From positions 1,248,001-1,312,000 of the forward strand of contig CBDCTJ010000007.1 of assembly GCA_965222115.1 (NCBI GenBank): 64,000 bases of DNA. Direction: 5' to 3'. Of the stretch, positions 1 to 8,655 are shown piece by piece (position 1 is the stretch's first letter; the number at the start of each line of letters is the position of its first letter). The position numbers and the translations under genes are program-made. The notes beneath the pieces are model-generated. The model did no database searches and was not told where the DNA came from. It saw nothing but the letters and a program-made list of their open reading frames with translations. The DNA is from Planctomycetota bacterium. Its GTDB lineage: Bacteria; Planctomycetota; PLA2; JAEUHO01.

Positions 1-723
1 CTGCTAGGTCTCGACGGCGAAGGGTTGTTGCAAGGCGCGAGTGAATTGCGTGAGTCCACAGAAGCCACAACCATTGAGGACAACCCGGCGCTGTTGCTCG
101 CCCTGCTTCACGCCGATGCCCATTGCTGGCGCGCGTCGTCAACCTTGCTCTGGCCGTACGGAGCTTCGATAGAAGCTCTGGGCGCGTGGTGGGTGCAGCT
201 CGTGGGCGAGAGCTTGGGTAAACGCGTGGATGTGGACGACCACGCGCTTCTCCCCAGTGCCGCATCAGGCCCACGCGATCAGCACAGCTTGCTCCAATTG
301 CTCATGGAAGGCGCCGGTCGCTCGCTCGTGACGTTTGTGCGGGCGCAATCGTCCGGCGCGTCCATCGACATCCCGTCGGCGTCGCAATCGATGACGCTCG
401 CCGCAGGCACGTCAATGCGCGATCTGCTGAACATTGCGAGTGAGTCAACACGCTACGCGCTCTATCAAGCGGGACGACCCGCCCTTGTGATTGACCTCGC
501 GGCGAGCGATGAGCGGTCCGTCGGGGCGTTCTTGTTCCTGTACGAAATGATGGTTACGTACTGGGCACATCTCTGGCGCGTGAACGCATTCGACCAGCCC
601 GGTGTGCAACACGGGAAAGACGCCGCGCGCGCATTGCTTACGGGAACGCCGCAGACCCTGCGCGCACGCATGAACGCGCTGGCGGATCTACGGCGATCAC
701 ACAACTGGCGCTCGCCCCAATAG
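1..723 (+). CDS. pgi: Glucose-6-phosphate isomerase, C-terminal part (5' end outside window)
   Basis: Frame is open from base 1. Motifs QLVGESLGK, GPRDQHSLLQL and VNAFDQPGV match PGI. Confidence 0.85.
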   Translation: MLGLDGEGLLQGASELRESTEATTIEDNPALLLALLHADAHCWRASSTLLWPYGASIEALGAWWVQLVGESLGKRVDVDDHALLPSAASGPRDQHSLLQLLMEGAGRSLVTFVRAQSSGASIDIPSASQSMTLAAGTSMRDLLNIASESTRYALYQAGRPALVIDLAASDERSVGAFLFLYEMMVTYWAHLWRVNAFDQPGVQHGKDAARALLTGTPQTLRARMNALADLRRSHNWRSPQ

Positions 724-780
724 GTAGCCAGCGTGTAGGCAGACGAGCACTTCAAACTGGTAAAGCTCGCCTCGAAGGCG

Positions 781-855
781 GTCTAAACGGCATGTCTTAA
801 AACGGTTTGTCTTGTCTTAAAACGGTTTGTCTTAAAACGGTTTGTCTTAAAACGG
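781..855. repeat. Tandem array with ~15-bp period, core TGTCTTAAAACGG, overlapping the ssb stop codon
   Basis: Core at 793, 813, 828 and 843, plus a degenerate copy at 781. Confidence 0.9.
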
Positions 856-1287
856 AATGTCGTCGTCTGACGAGGTGTAGTCGTCTTGTGGCGTTTGCGC
901 CGGACGAGCGCCCACCTGCGCGGGCACATTCTGTCCGCCACCACCACCATTCTCATTGCGGCCGCCAATGAACTGGAAGCTTTCGGCAACGACAGAGAGC
1001 TTGGAGCGCTTCTGTCCGTCGCGCTCCCACGAATCGAACTTGAGGCGCCCTTCCACAAAGAGCTGGCGACCTTTGGATAGGTAGCGGGCGATGGTTTCGC
1101 CCGTGCGACCCCACGCCTCGACTTCCACGAAGCATGTTTCTTCGACTTTTTCGCCGGAGTCGCGGCGGACGTAGACGCGGTTGACCGCAAGCCCGAAGTT
1201 GCACACCGAGGATCCGCTGGGCAAGGAGCGAGTTTCGGGGTCGCGGGTAAGGCGACCGATGAGGAGGACTTTATTGAGGTTGGCCAT
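847..1287 (-). CDS. ssb: Single-stranded DNA-binding protein
   Basis: N-terminus NLNKVLLIGRLTRDPE, KGRQLFVEGRL, Gly-rich linker and DDIPF tail. Confidence 0.97.
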   Translation of the reverse strand: MANLNKVLLIGRLTRDPETRSLPSGSSVCNFGLAVNRVYVRRDSGEKVEETCFVEVEAWGRTGETIARYLSKGRQLFVEGRLKFDSWERDGQKRSKLSVVAESFQFIGGRNENGGGGGQNVPAQVGARPAQTPQDDYTSSDDDIPF

Positions 1288-1366
1288 GGCAATGATCTCC
1301 CGAACTATGGCGAGGATGAAATGCGGTCGAGGGTACTGAAACTGAAGTCTAGTCTTCCTGGGGTGG

Positions 1367-1396
1367 CAGGCTTTCTGATTACAGGCTTTCTGATTA
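1367..1396. repeat. Perfect 2x15-bp tandem duplication CAGGCTTTCTGATTA
   Basis: Direct read of 1367-1381 and 1382-1396. Confidence 0.9.
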
Positions 1397-1583
1397 AACG
1401 TCCGCGGTACGCGGCGACACGCCCTTGCGGACGCATTCGAGCGGTCCCGCCCGCGCGTGAGCCCCCTTTCGGGTGTGAATCTGGGCGCGGCCGGTTTTGG
1501 CGGCTTTCTGGGCCAACCAGGCGAATGCGTTCGGCGAGACCGAAGCGCAACATGGTACTGTTTGGCACCGACAGGATCTGACT

Positions 1584-1943
1584 ATGCCCGACGAACGCCG
1601 CCGCCACGCCCGAGTAACTGCCGATTTTCCATGCCTCCTTGTGGGCTCCGACGGTGGCACCGAGCCCTTTGATCTCATCGACCTGTCCGAAAGTGGCGTC
1701 CGAATGACCTGCTCCAAGAAGCTCACGCCGATGACGCGCATTGACGTGGCGCTGCGCCTCCCAGCGGATCGTGTGGGGGCGGCCGAAGACTGTCCTCTCA
1801 AAACGGTAGGCGTTGTCGTGTGGAGTCACCAACTCGACGAAGATCGCTTTGATACCGGCGTCTTCTTTCCCGAGCTCGAAGATGGTGAGCGGAGCCTCTT
1901 GAAGGCTTTCGTCGCGTCGGCTACGGGCGCATCGCGCGCGTAG
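1584..1943 (+). CDS. PilZ domain protein (c-di-GMP receptor-like)
   Basis: ERRRHAR (RxxxR) and DLSESG (DxSxxG) motifs, then GVVVW and TGVFF strands. ATG 1584 preferred over the ORF-track start at 1497. Confidence 0.88.
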   Translation: MPDERRRHARVTADFPCLLVGSDGGTEPFDLIDLSESGVRMTCSKKLTPMTRIDVALRLPADRVGAAEDCPLKTVGVVVWSHQLDEDRFDTGVFFPELEDGERSLLKAFVASATGASRA

Positions 1944-2015
1944 CACGATTCCCTTCCTTGCGCGTTCGACGCAATCGATTGCACGCTGTTTGACACCCGT
2001 GCGTACGATGCGTCC

Positions 2016-3173
2016 ATGAATGCGTTTCAAATTGCCACGGCGACCGTGATCGGTCTCGTTGTGGGATCATTTCTAAACGTTGTGATCTGGCGTTTGCCGC
2101 GGGGCGAAAACCTATCCAAGCCACGTTCGCGGTGCCCCAAGTGCAACACCATGATTCGTTGGTTTGACAACATTCCCGTGTTGTCGTGGTTGATGCTGGG
2201 CGGCCGTTGTCGCGGCTGCAAGGTGCGCATTTCAGCGCGCTATCCATTCGTCGAACTACTTTCGGGCGGGCTATTTTTCTTGGCCGCTTGGAAGCTGGGC
2301 GCCCACGTCCCAACGACCGTCATTGTGTCGATTGCACTTGCGGCGCTCGTGGCGATTTCGTTCATTGACTGGGATCTGAAGATCATTCCCGATGCAATTA
2401 GCAAGCCCGGCATTGTGCTTGGTATCGCCTGTGCACCCCTGATGACGTCTGCCGTGCATCCCACGGATTGGATAGACGGGCTGCGTCCTGCGCCCAATCA
2501 GTGGTTGCATGCATGTGCAGGTGCACTGGCCGGTGCATTGATCATTCTCGCCGTCCGCGCGCTCGGGTCTTGGATCATGAAGAAGGAGGCCATGGGTCTC
2601 GGCGACGTGAAACTCCTTGCGTTCATCGGCGCACTGGTTGGCCCCATGCCCGTCGTCTACGTGTTCGTGCTTGGTTGTTTCTTCGGTGCGTTACTTGGCG
2701 GACTCATGTTCGCCATTGGCAAGCGTCGAACCATGCCCATGCAAGCCACCGTAGGGGGCAACACGCTGCCATTTTATCGCGGCAAGCTCGACGCCGATGG
2801 CACGCTCTGGCTTCCTACGTCGGCACGTGCAGCGTCGGAAGACGGCGCCCCCCCTGACTCACCACTCAAGCAAGGTGACGAGGTGCCGATTCAGATGGTG
2901 CTCTATGCCGATCGGATCCTGGAGGAGACCGACGCCGAGGTCCGGGTGAATGGGGAAATTCACTATGCGGGGCCCGACGGCATTCGACTCAAACTCGGGG
3001 AGGTCGATGCCACCAGTCAAGAACGACTCGAGATGTTTCGAATGTCCTATCGATATGTTCCTTTTGGACCCTTTCTCTCCATTGCCGGTGCCCTGGTCAT
3101 GCTGTTTGGGCCGGAAGTTCACCACTTTGTCACGGTCGGCTACCCCGGTTGGGTTCGTTCACTGTCGGGATAA
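2016..3173 (+). CDS. pilD: Prepilin peptidase/N-methyltransferase (A24) with an internal ~110-aa insertion
   Basis: GSFLNVVIWRLP, CPKC and CRGC zinc motifs, catalytic FID and MGLGDVKL, C-terminal PFGPFL. Confidence 0.93.
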   Translation: MNAFQIATATVIGLVVGSFLNVVIWRLPRGENLSKPRSRCPKCNTMIRWFDNIPVLSWLMLGGRCRGCKVRISARYPFVELLSGGLFFLAAWKLGAHVPTTVIVSIALAALVAISFIDWDLKIIPDAISKPGIVLGIACAPLMTSAVHPTDWIDGLRPAPNQWLHACAGALAGALIILAVRALGSWIMKKEAMGLGDVKLLAFIGALVGPMPVVYVFVLGCFFGALLGGLMFAIGKRRTMPMQATVGGNTLPFYRGKLDADGTLWLPTSARAASEDGAPPDSPLKQGDEVPIQMVLYADRILEETDAEVRVNGEIHYAGPDGIRLKLGEVDATSQERLEMFRMSYRYVPFGPFLSIAGALVMLFGPEVHHFVTVGYPGWVRSLSG

Positions 3174-3189
3174 CAGGGTGTAAACCCTG
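3174..3189 (+). other. Short hairpin CAGGGT-GTAA-ACCCTG right after the pilD stop
   Basis: 6-bp perfect stem with a GNRA loop. No clear U-tract. Confidence 0.4.
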
Positions 3190-3628
3190 CCCAATTCTTG
3201 CACTACTCAGACGTAAGTGGGCCTAAGTCGGCCCGATGTAATGCATTAGTGGGGAGACACGAGAAGCACCCCCGCGCTTCCCGTAACCCCCATGGTGTTG
3301 TGGACGAATCAGATTCTACCCCCCGTATGATGTATTTTGGGCTTGACCCAAGTGCTGGGCAGGGTTGAATCGTTGCTGGTACATCCGTCCGGAGGGTCAT
3401 TCGCGGGAGGCGGCTGGCGTTAGTCAGTCACGCGGGTCGATCACACCAGGCGGCGAGCCGGTTTCGACACGCTCGTTTTATCGAGTTTGTCTTTGTGAGG
3501 TTCGCCCTTACGGCACCAGAACAAGTCCGAGTCGGAACGAATCCGATTGAGGCGTCATTTGAAACCGCGCACACGTATTGAATCGCGCAAGCCTGAGTAC
3601 TTGCGCAACCCGAGAGAGGGAGGACACC

Positions 3629-4669
3629 ATGAAGTTCCACGAGTCAGCTAGCGGTCGCACACTTCGGATGATTGCGCTAACAGCGTTGGGGTTTGGCGTC
3701 GCGACGCTCGCGTCGGGTTGCTCAACGATCAAGCGACAGAAGAAAGAGATCTGTTGCCTTCGTTCCAAAGTCGTGGATTTGCGCGATAAGAGCGCTTCGC
3801 TTGAGAATGAGGTGAAGCAGTCTCACGCCCGCGTTGATCAGAGTGCTGCACAAGCTCAGGCCCTCAACTCTCAGAATCTTGCTCTGCAGCAGCGCGCGCA
3901 GAATGCAGAGGCATCCGCAAGTCACGCACAGTCTCAGATTGCGAACGCTCAGTCCGACGCCGCCAACGCCCACGGTCAACTCGCCCAGATGAGTGGGGCA
4001 ATCGACGCAAAGAACGCCGAACTTGCGAGCGCAAAAGAACGTCAGATTGATCTCATTGAGCGTCAATCCGATTTGCTCGAACGCCACCAGCGCCTCGTCG
4101 CCGCGCTAGACAAAGAGCGCAGTCGTCCGGCGCCGGCTCCTTCACCCGCGAATTGGGGTCCAGCGCCAAGTACGTTGGCGAACAACAACTTCCAAGAAAA
4201 CGAGCAGGCCGCAGCGTTCCGCCGCGAGTTGCAGAACCATTTGTCATCATCCGGCGTGCGCGACATGCACGTTGAAGTGCGAACCGACCGTGGTGGTCGC
4301 CAACGCGTCGCCATCGTACTTCCCGATGCGTTCCCTCCCGGAAAGGCAACGCTTGCTTACAACGAGTCCGCAGTAAAGGCCGTCATGGGCGTAGGGCAGT
4401 TGATTCGAAGCCATTACCCCAGCAGCCAAGTTGAGGTCGAAGGTCACACCGACTCCGATCCCATTCGCGTGTCCAAGTGGGGCACCAACGAACGTCTCGG
4501 TCAGGCTCGCGCCGATGCCGTGGCCAAGTTGCTTTCGAGCGCAGGCGTTACCAATCAGCAGATTCGCACTGAGGGTCTTGGTGCGCGCGATCCGCTTGAG
4601 CCCGGTAGCACCAAGCGCGCCAAGAGCCGCAACCGTCGCGTTGAGATTTTCATCGCGCCCCGCGGATAA
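3629..4669 (+). CDS. OmpA/MotB-family lipoprotein with a long coiled coil
   Basis: GGAGG RBS before ATG 3629, lipobox LASGC, Q/A-rich heptads, EGHTDSDPI...LGQARA...NRRVEI. Confidence 0.88.
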   Translation: MKFHESASGRTLRMIALTALGFGVATLASGCSTIKRQKKEICCLRSKVVDLRDKSASLENEVKQSHARVDQSAAQAQALNSQNLALQQRAQNAEASASHAQSQIANAQSDAANAHGQLAQMSGAIDAKNAELASAKERQIDLIERQSDLLERHQRLVAALDKERSRPAPAPSPANWGPAPSTLANNNFQENEQAAAFRRELQNHLSSSGVRDMHVEVRTDRGGRQRVAIVLPDAFPPGKATLAYNESAVKAVMGVGQLIRSHYPSSQVEVEGHTDSDPIRVSKWGTNERLGQARADAVAKLLSSAGVTNQQIRTEGLGARDPLEPGSTKRAKSRNRRVEIFIAPRG

Positions 4670-4727
4670 ATCGGCACACCAGTAGTTGGCATATCAGTAG
4701 TCGGCGTACCAGTAATCGGAAAGCCAG
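4668..4727. repeat. Degenerate 4x15-bp tandem array at the stop codon of the first OmpA gene
   Basis: AAATCGGCACACCAG / TAGTTGGCATATCAG / TAGTCGGCGTACCAG / TAATCGGAAAGCCAG. Confidence 0.75.
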
Positions 4728-4872
4728 CGACATACGTCAAACGCGACGTGCCTTGTCAAAAAGCCAGTCAAGTCAAAACGCCAGTGAGATGAGTTTCGAA
4801 CAGTGACGTGTCTCTAAAAGAGACAATGCGCGACCTTCCGCGCGCGACGTCCCATGACGCCAGGAGAGCCCC

Positions 4873-5913
4873 ATGAAAATCAGAGCCATTTGGTTACCCG
4901 CCCTATGCGCCGTAACCGCGTTGGTGGTCCTTCCCGCCTGCCGGTCCACGCGCCGAAAGTGCTGCCCGCAAACGCCCGCGCCTGAAGTGGCCGATGCCGG
5001 GGACGCCGACGGGTTCACGCCCGATCCTCCGTTGGCCGATGCCGGCGAGGCGTTTACACCTCCCTCTGCGCCGCCGCTTGCTCCTGATATGCCCTTGGCC
5101 AACGCGGCTCCGATGGTACCGGCGCCCATGATGACGCCGATGGCTCCCGCGACTCCAATGGCGCCACCTATGGCCGCTGCACCGTCTGAGACCTACATGC
5201 CACCCATGGCAAATGGTGCGACACCTATGCCCGCGCCCATGGCCGGATCAGGGTTTCCTGTGGCGGACGGCACGCCCGTCTACTCGGATGCGCCGCCCGC
5301 CACGGGTGAGTATGTGGCGCCCGAGGCACCGCCCGCCGTTGCCGCCGCCGAGTCGGATGGCAATCTCGGTGCGCTCGACGAGCGCCTTCGCGCCGCCGAA
5401 GAGCGTCTGCGTCAGGCCGAAGACGCCATCATGAATTCGAGTCCGCCTGCTGCGGCACCCGCACATAGTGCGGGCGGGGGCAGTTCACTTGCCCAGCTTG
5501 AATCCGACCTTCGGTCGCACGGTGGTACCGAAGTCGTGCGTCAGGGCGACATGGTCATTGTGCGTATGACCGATGCGTTCCGTTCCGGTTCGGATCTCTT
5601 GAAGCAGGATGCGAAGTTGGTCAATGCACTGAATGCCACCGCCTCCGCACTCAAGCGCTATCCCAACAGCCGCGTCAACGTTGTTGGTCACTCCGATGGT
5701 CAGCCGATTGTGAAGACGCGTCACAAGTGGCGTGATAACCGTCACCTCTCCCAGGCGCGCGCCGAGCGCGTGGCGCAGTTGCTCACTCGCAATGGCGTCG
5801 AGTCGGGGCGGATCTTCGTGGACGGTCGTGGTGCAGAGAATCCCTTGGTGCCCGAGCGCAGTGCGCGTGACCGCGCCAAGAACCGCCGCGTCGAGATCAT
5901 GATCAAGATGTAG
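4873..5913 (+). CDS. OmpA/MotB-family lipoprotein with a Pro/Ala/Met-rich linker
   Basis: AGGAG RBS, lipobox LPAC, VGHSDGQPI...LSQARA...NRRVEI. Confidence 0.88.
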   Translation: MKIRAIWLPALCAVTALVVLPACRSTRRKCCPQTPAPEVADAGDADGFTPDPPLADAGEAFTPPSAPPLAPDMPLANAAPMVPAPMMTPMAPATPMAPPMAAAPSETYMPPMANGATPMPAPMAGSGFPVADGTPVYSDAPPATGEYVAPEAPPAVAAAESDGNLGALDERLRAAEERLRQAEDAIMNSSPPAAAPAHSAGGGSSLAQLESDLRSHGGTEVVRQGDMVIVRMTDAFRSGSDLLKQDAKLVNALNATASALKRYPNSRVNVVGHSDGQPIVKTRHKWRDNRHLSQARAERVAQLLTRNGVESGRIFVDGRGAENPLVPERSARDRAKNRRVEIMIKM

Positions 5914-5928
5914 CCGGAGCCCTCCGCT

Positions 5929-6003
5929 CCCCGTTTTTTCCTGCCAAATTTTTCCCGGCCAAATTCCTCCAGCCCATTCCCCTCCCGCCCAATCTCCTCC
6001 CAG
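5929..6003. repeat. Degenerate 5x15-bp pyrimidine-rich tandem array
   Basis: CCCCGTTTTTTCCTG / CCAAATTTTTCCCGG / CCAAATTCCTCCAGC / CCATTCCCCTCCCGC / CCAATCTCCTCCCAG. Confidence 0.65.
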
Positions 6004-6134
6004 AGAATCGATCCCTCCCTGCGAGGGCTCGCCACACTCAGCAATGAGTGATCGGCGGGCCCTCGCGTCTTTTTTGCAGCAATCGCTTGCAACGAGAACG
6101 CTAGGTCCACCTGCGTTCGTAGACTGCGCGGTCC

Positions 6135-8420
6135 ATGTGCGCGCCCTCGTCTCCCACCCCCTATTCGCTGCGAGGAGGTGGCGAAGAACAACATCAGGCG
6201 CTGGTTGACGTTGCGCTCGACCTGCCGTTGGATCAGCTCTTTACGTATCGCGTGCCCGAAGCCCTGCGCGAACGAGCGAGGCTTGGCCATCGCGTTGTTG
6301 TGCCGTTCCGTGGCCGATCGAAAACGGGTTTTGTGGCCGGTACGCCGCGCCACACCGATCTCAAGCGGGTGCTTGCGCTTTCGTCGGCGCCCGATGCGGT
6401 GCCCACGCTCACCCGTGAATTGCGTTCGTTGGCGGCCTTTATCGCCACGTATTACGGATGCGCGCTTGGCGAAGCCATGGCCGCAATGGTTCCGCGCGGC
6501 GTTCGAACCAAAGGGGGAGCGGCAACGCGATGGCATGTGTCGCTCGTTGCGGACGCTACGGTGGAGGAGGTCGAGGGCACAACGCGTTCCCCTGCCCAAA
6601 TGCGCATTCTGCGCGTGTTGCGTCGTACACCATCGGGTGTTGCACTTGCCGAACTCTGCCGCCGCGCGAACGTGTCGCAGAGTCCTGTGCGTACGTTGGA
6701 ACGCGCTGGCGTACTCAAACGCGAGAAGCGCGCCGTTTCGAGTATCGAATCCGACTCGCTTGCAGTAGACGCCGACGCATCGTCGCGTGAAGGACCAGCG
6801 AAAGCGCACGAACTCACGCATTACCAGTCACAGGCGCTGGCGGCGTTGCTTGCTGCCGTCCAGCGTGAAACGTATACCCCGTTTCTTCTATTTGGTGTTA
6901 CGGGATCCGGCAAAACAGAAGTGTACCTACGTGCGATTCGAGCCTGTGTGGATGCAGGGCGCCAAGCCATCGTCCTTGTTCCTGAGATTGCACTCACGCC
7001 ACAAACCGTGCGCCGATTTCGTGCGCGATTTGAATCGGTGACCGTGTTGCATAGCGGCATGACCGAGGCCGCCCGTGGTCGTGCGTGGCGTCACGTGCAA
7101 GAAGGTAAGGCCGACGTCGTTATCGGTCCGCGAAGTGCCGTATTTGCGCCGCTGCCGCGCCTTGGACTTGTCGTCGTGGACGAAGAGCACGAGACCACGT
7201 TCAAGCAACAGAACACACCGCGCTATCACGCTCGCGATGTAGCGTTGGTGCGTGCGCGAGCGTGCGGAGCGGTGGTGATATTGGGCACCGCAACGCCCTC
7301 GCTCGAGTCCTATCGCAACGCCCGGGAGGGGAAGTACGAACTCCTGACGCTGCCCGAGCGTGTGGCGGGTCGTTCCCTGCCCGTTGCCAAAGTGATCGAT
7401 TTGAAGGATCGCGACGAGCGACCGCCGCGTCACTCCAACTTCTCTCGCAGCCTTCGCCTTCGCATGGCGGAGGCGCTGCGCATGGATTCGCAGATTATCC
7501 TCTTCCAGAATCGACGCGGGTTTGCCACAAGCGTGTCCTGTATGCGTTGCGGCCACGTGGTGGCGTGTCCGCACTGTGACCTCTCGCTTACGTTTCACAA
7601 GGCCGATCGTGTTGCGCTATGTCATCTCTGTGGCTTCGAAAAACCCATACCGCCTGCATGCCCCGATTGCGCGCTGCCGCGGTTGAACTTTCAAGGCACA
7701 GGCACACAAACCGTTGAGAACGAGTTGGCGGTGTTGTTCCCTGATGCGCGTGTGGCGCGCATGGACTCCGACACCATGACTACGCGCGGCGCCTACGAAG
7801 CGGTGTTGAGCAAGTTTGGTGCGCGCGAGATCGACGTTCTTGTGGGCACGCAGATGATTGCGAAGGGACTTGACTTTCCCAATGTGTCGTTGGTGGGCAT
7901 TGTGTCCGCCGACACGTCGCTTCACTTGCCCGACTTTCGCGCGAGCGAGCGCACCTTCCAGTTGATTGCGCAGGTTGCGGGACGCGCCGGCAGAGGCGAT
8001 GTTGATGGACGCGTGGTGATACAAACGCGAACGCCCTCGCATCCCGCCATCGCCTTTGCGGCGCGACACGACTACGAACGCTTTGCCGAGCATGAACTCA
8101 AGGATCGAGAACAGTTTCTCTATCCTCCGTTCGCGCGCATGTTGCGCGTGGTCGTCTTAGGGCCGTCCAAGGACAAGACGATGAATCACGCACGTCGTGT
8201 TGCAACCGCGTTGGTGAATGCTGCGACTGCCGACACGATGATCATGGGGCCGGCCTTACCTCCGGTGGCGCGTATTCAAGATCGCCATCGCGCCCACGTA
8301 TTGGTGAAGTCCACTTCGCATCGCGAAGTCGCCAACGCGGTTGCAGCGCTGCGTGCCATGAAACCGACGACGCGCGCCATCGACGTATTGATGGACGTTG
8401 ATCCCCTCGGTCTCACGTAG
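6135..8420 (+). CDS. priA: Primosomal protein N' (replication restart helicase)
   Basis: GVTGSGKTEVY, VVDEEHE, four CxxC motifs, GTQMIAKGLDF and QVAGRAGR. Confidence 0.97.
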   Translation: MCAPSSPTPYSLRGGGEEQHQALVDVALDLPLDQLFTYRVPEALRERARLGHRVVVPFRGRSKTGFVAGTPRHTDLKRVLALSSAPDAVPTLTRELRSLAAFIATYYGCALGEAMAAMVPRGVRTKGGAATRWHVSLVADATVEEVEGTTRSPAQMRILRVLRRTPSGVALAELCRRANVSQSPVRTLERAGVLKREKRAVSSIESDSLAVDADASSREGPAKAHELTHYQSQALAALLAAVQRETYTPFLLFGVTGSGKTEVYLRAIRACVDAGRQAIVLVPEIALTPQTVRRFRARFESVTVLHSGMTEAARGRAWRHVQEGKADVVIGPRSAVFAPLPRLGLVVVDEEHETTFKQQNTPRYHARDVALVRARACGAVVILGTATPSLESYRNAREGKYELLTLPERVAGRSLPVAKVIDLKDRDERPPRHSNFSRSLRLRMAEALRMDSQIILFQNRRGFATSVSCMRCGHVVACPHCDLSLTFHKADRVALCHLCGFEKPIPPACPDCALPRLNFQGTGTQTVENELAVLFPDARVARMDSDTMTTRGAYEAVLSKFGAREIDVLVGTQMIAKGLDFPNVSLVGIVSADTSLHLPDFRASERTFQLIAQVAGRAGRGDVDGRVVIQTRTPSHPAIAFAARHDYERFAEHELKDREQFLYPPFARMLRVVVLGPSKDKTMNHARRVATALVNAATADTMIMGPALPPVARIQDRHRAHVLVKSTSHREVANAVAALRAMKPTTRAIDVLMDVDPLGLT

Positions 8421-8430
8421 CCCGGGCCTG

Positions 8431-8475
8431 GGCGCGTCATCAGGCGTCGCGTGATCAGGAGTCGCATGATTATGA
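8431..8475. repeat. Degenerate 3x15-bp array overlapping the stop codon of the 8470-8655 gene
   Basis: GGCGCGTCATCAGGC / GTCGCGTGATCAGGA / GTCGCATGATTATGA. Confidence 0.75.
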
Positions 8476-8655
8476 AAACATGCGCGCCACGAAGTGGATC
8501 AAGAGTCCCACGCAGAGTACGCCGATGGTGAGTGCGCGAAATGTCTGAAAGGCGCCCTGCCAATAGCCCTTTGGATCTTCGGCACCCGAGGCACCGAGGA
8601 CCATCGAAATGGAAATCATGACCGGCACATACCAAATGAGATCGTGAAGCTGCAT
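8470..8655 (-). CDS. Small membrane protein with two TM helices
   Basis: Two hydrophobic segments. Its start overlaps the stop of the upstream gene (TAATG coupling). Confidence 0.7.
   Translation of the reverse strand: MQLHDLIWYVPVMISISMVLGASGAEDPKGYWQGAFQTFRALTIGVLCVGLLIHFVARMFS

Noticed and set aside
781-855. CRISPR array or oriC unwinding element
   Set aside because: The units are 15 bp and contiguous with no unique spacers. No cas genes are present, and I saw no DnaA boxes nearby.
3190-3628. Riboswitch (e.g. c-di-GMP) or tRNA in the long pilD-ompA intergenic region
   Set aside because: I saw only a small GCGCAAG/CTTGCGC hairpin before the RBS, with no recognisable aptamer or cloverleaf. 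An Rfam scan is needed to exclude it fully.
3629-5913. Flagellar stator motB or T6SS tssL
   Set aside because: The N-termini are lipoprotein-type, and there is no motA, flagellar or T6SS context.
5742-6821. 359-aa minus-strand ORF and similar long antisense ORFs throughout the window
   Set aside because: Shadow frames of well-supported genes in GC-rich DNA, with no motifs.
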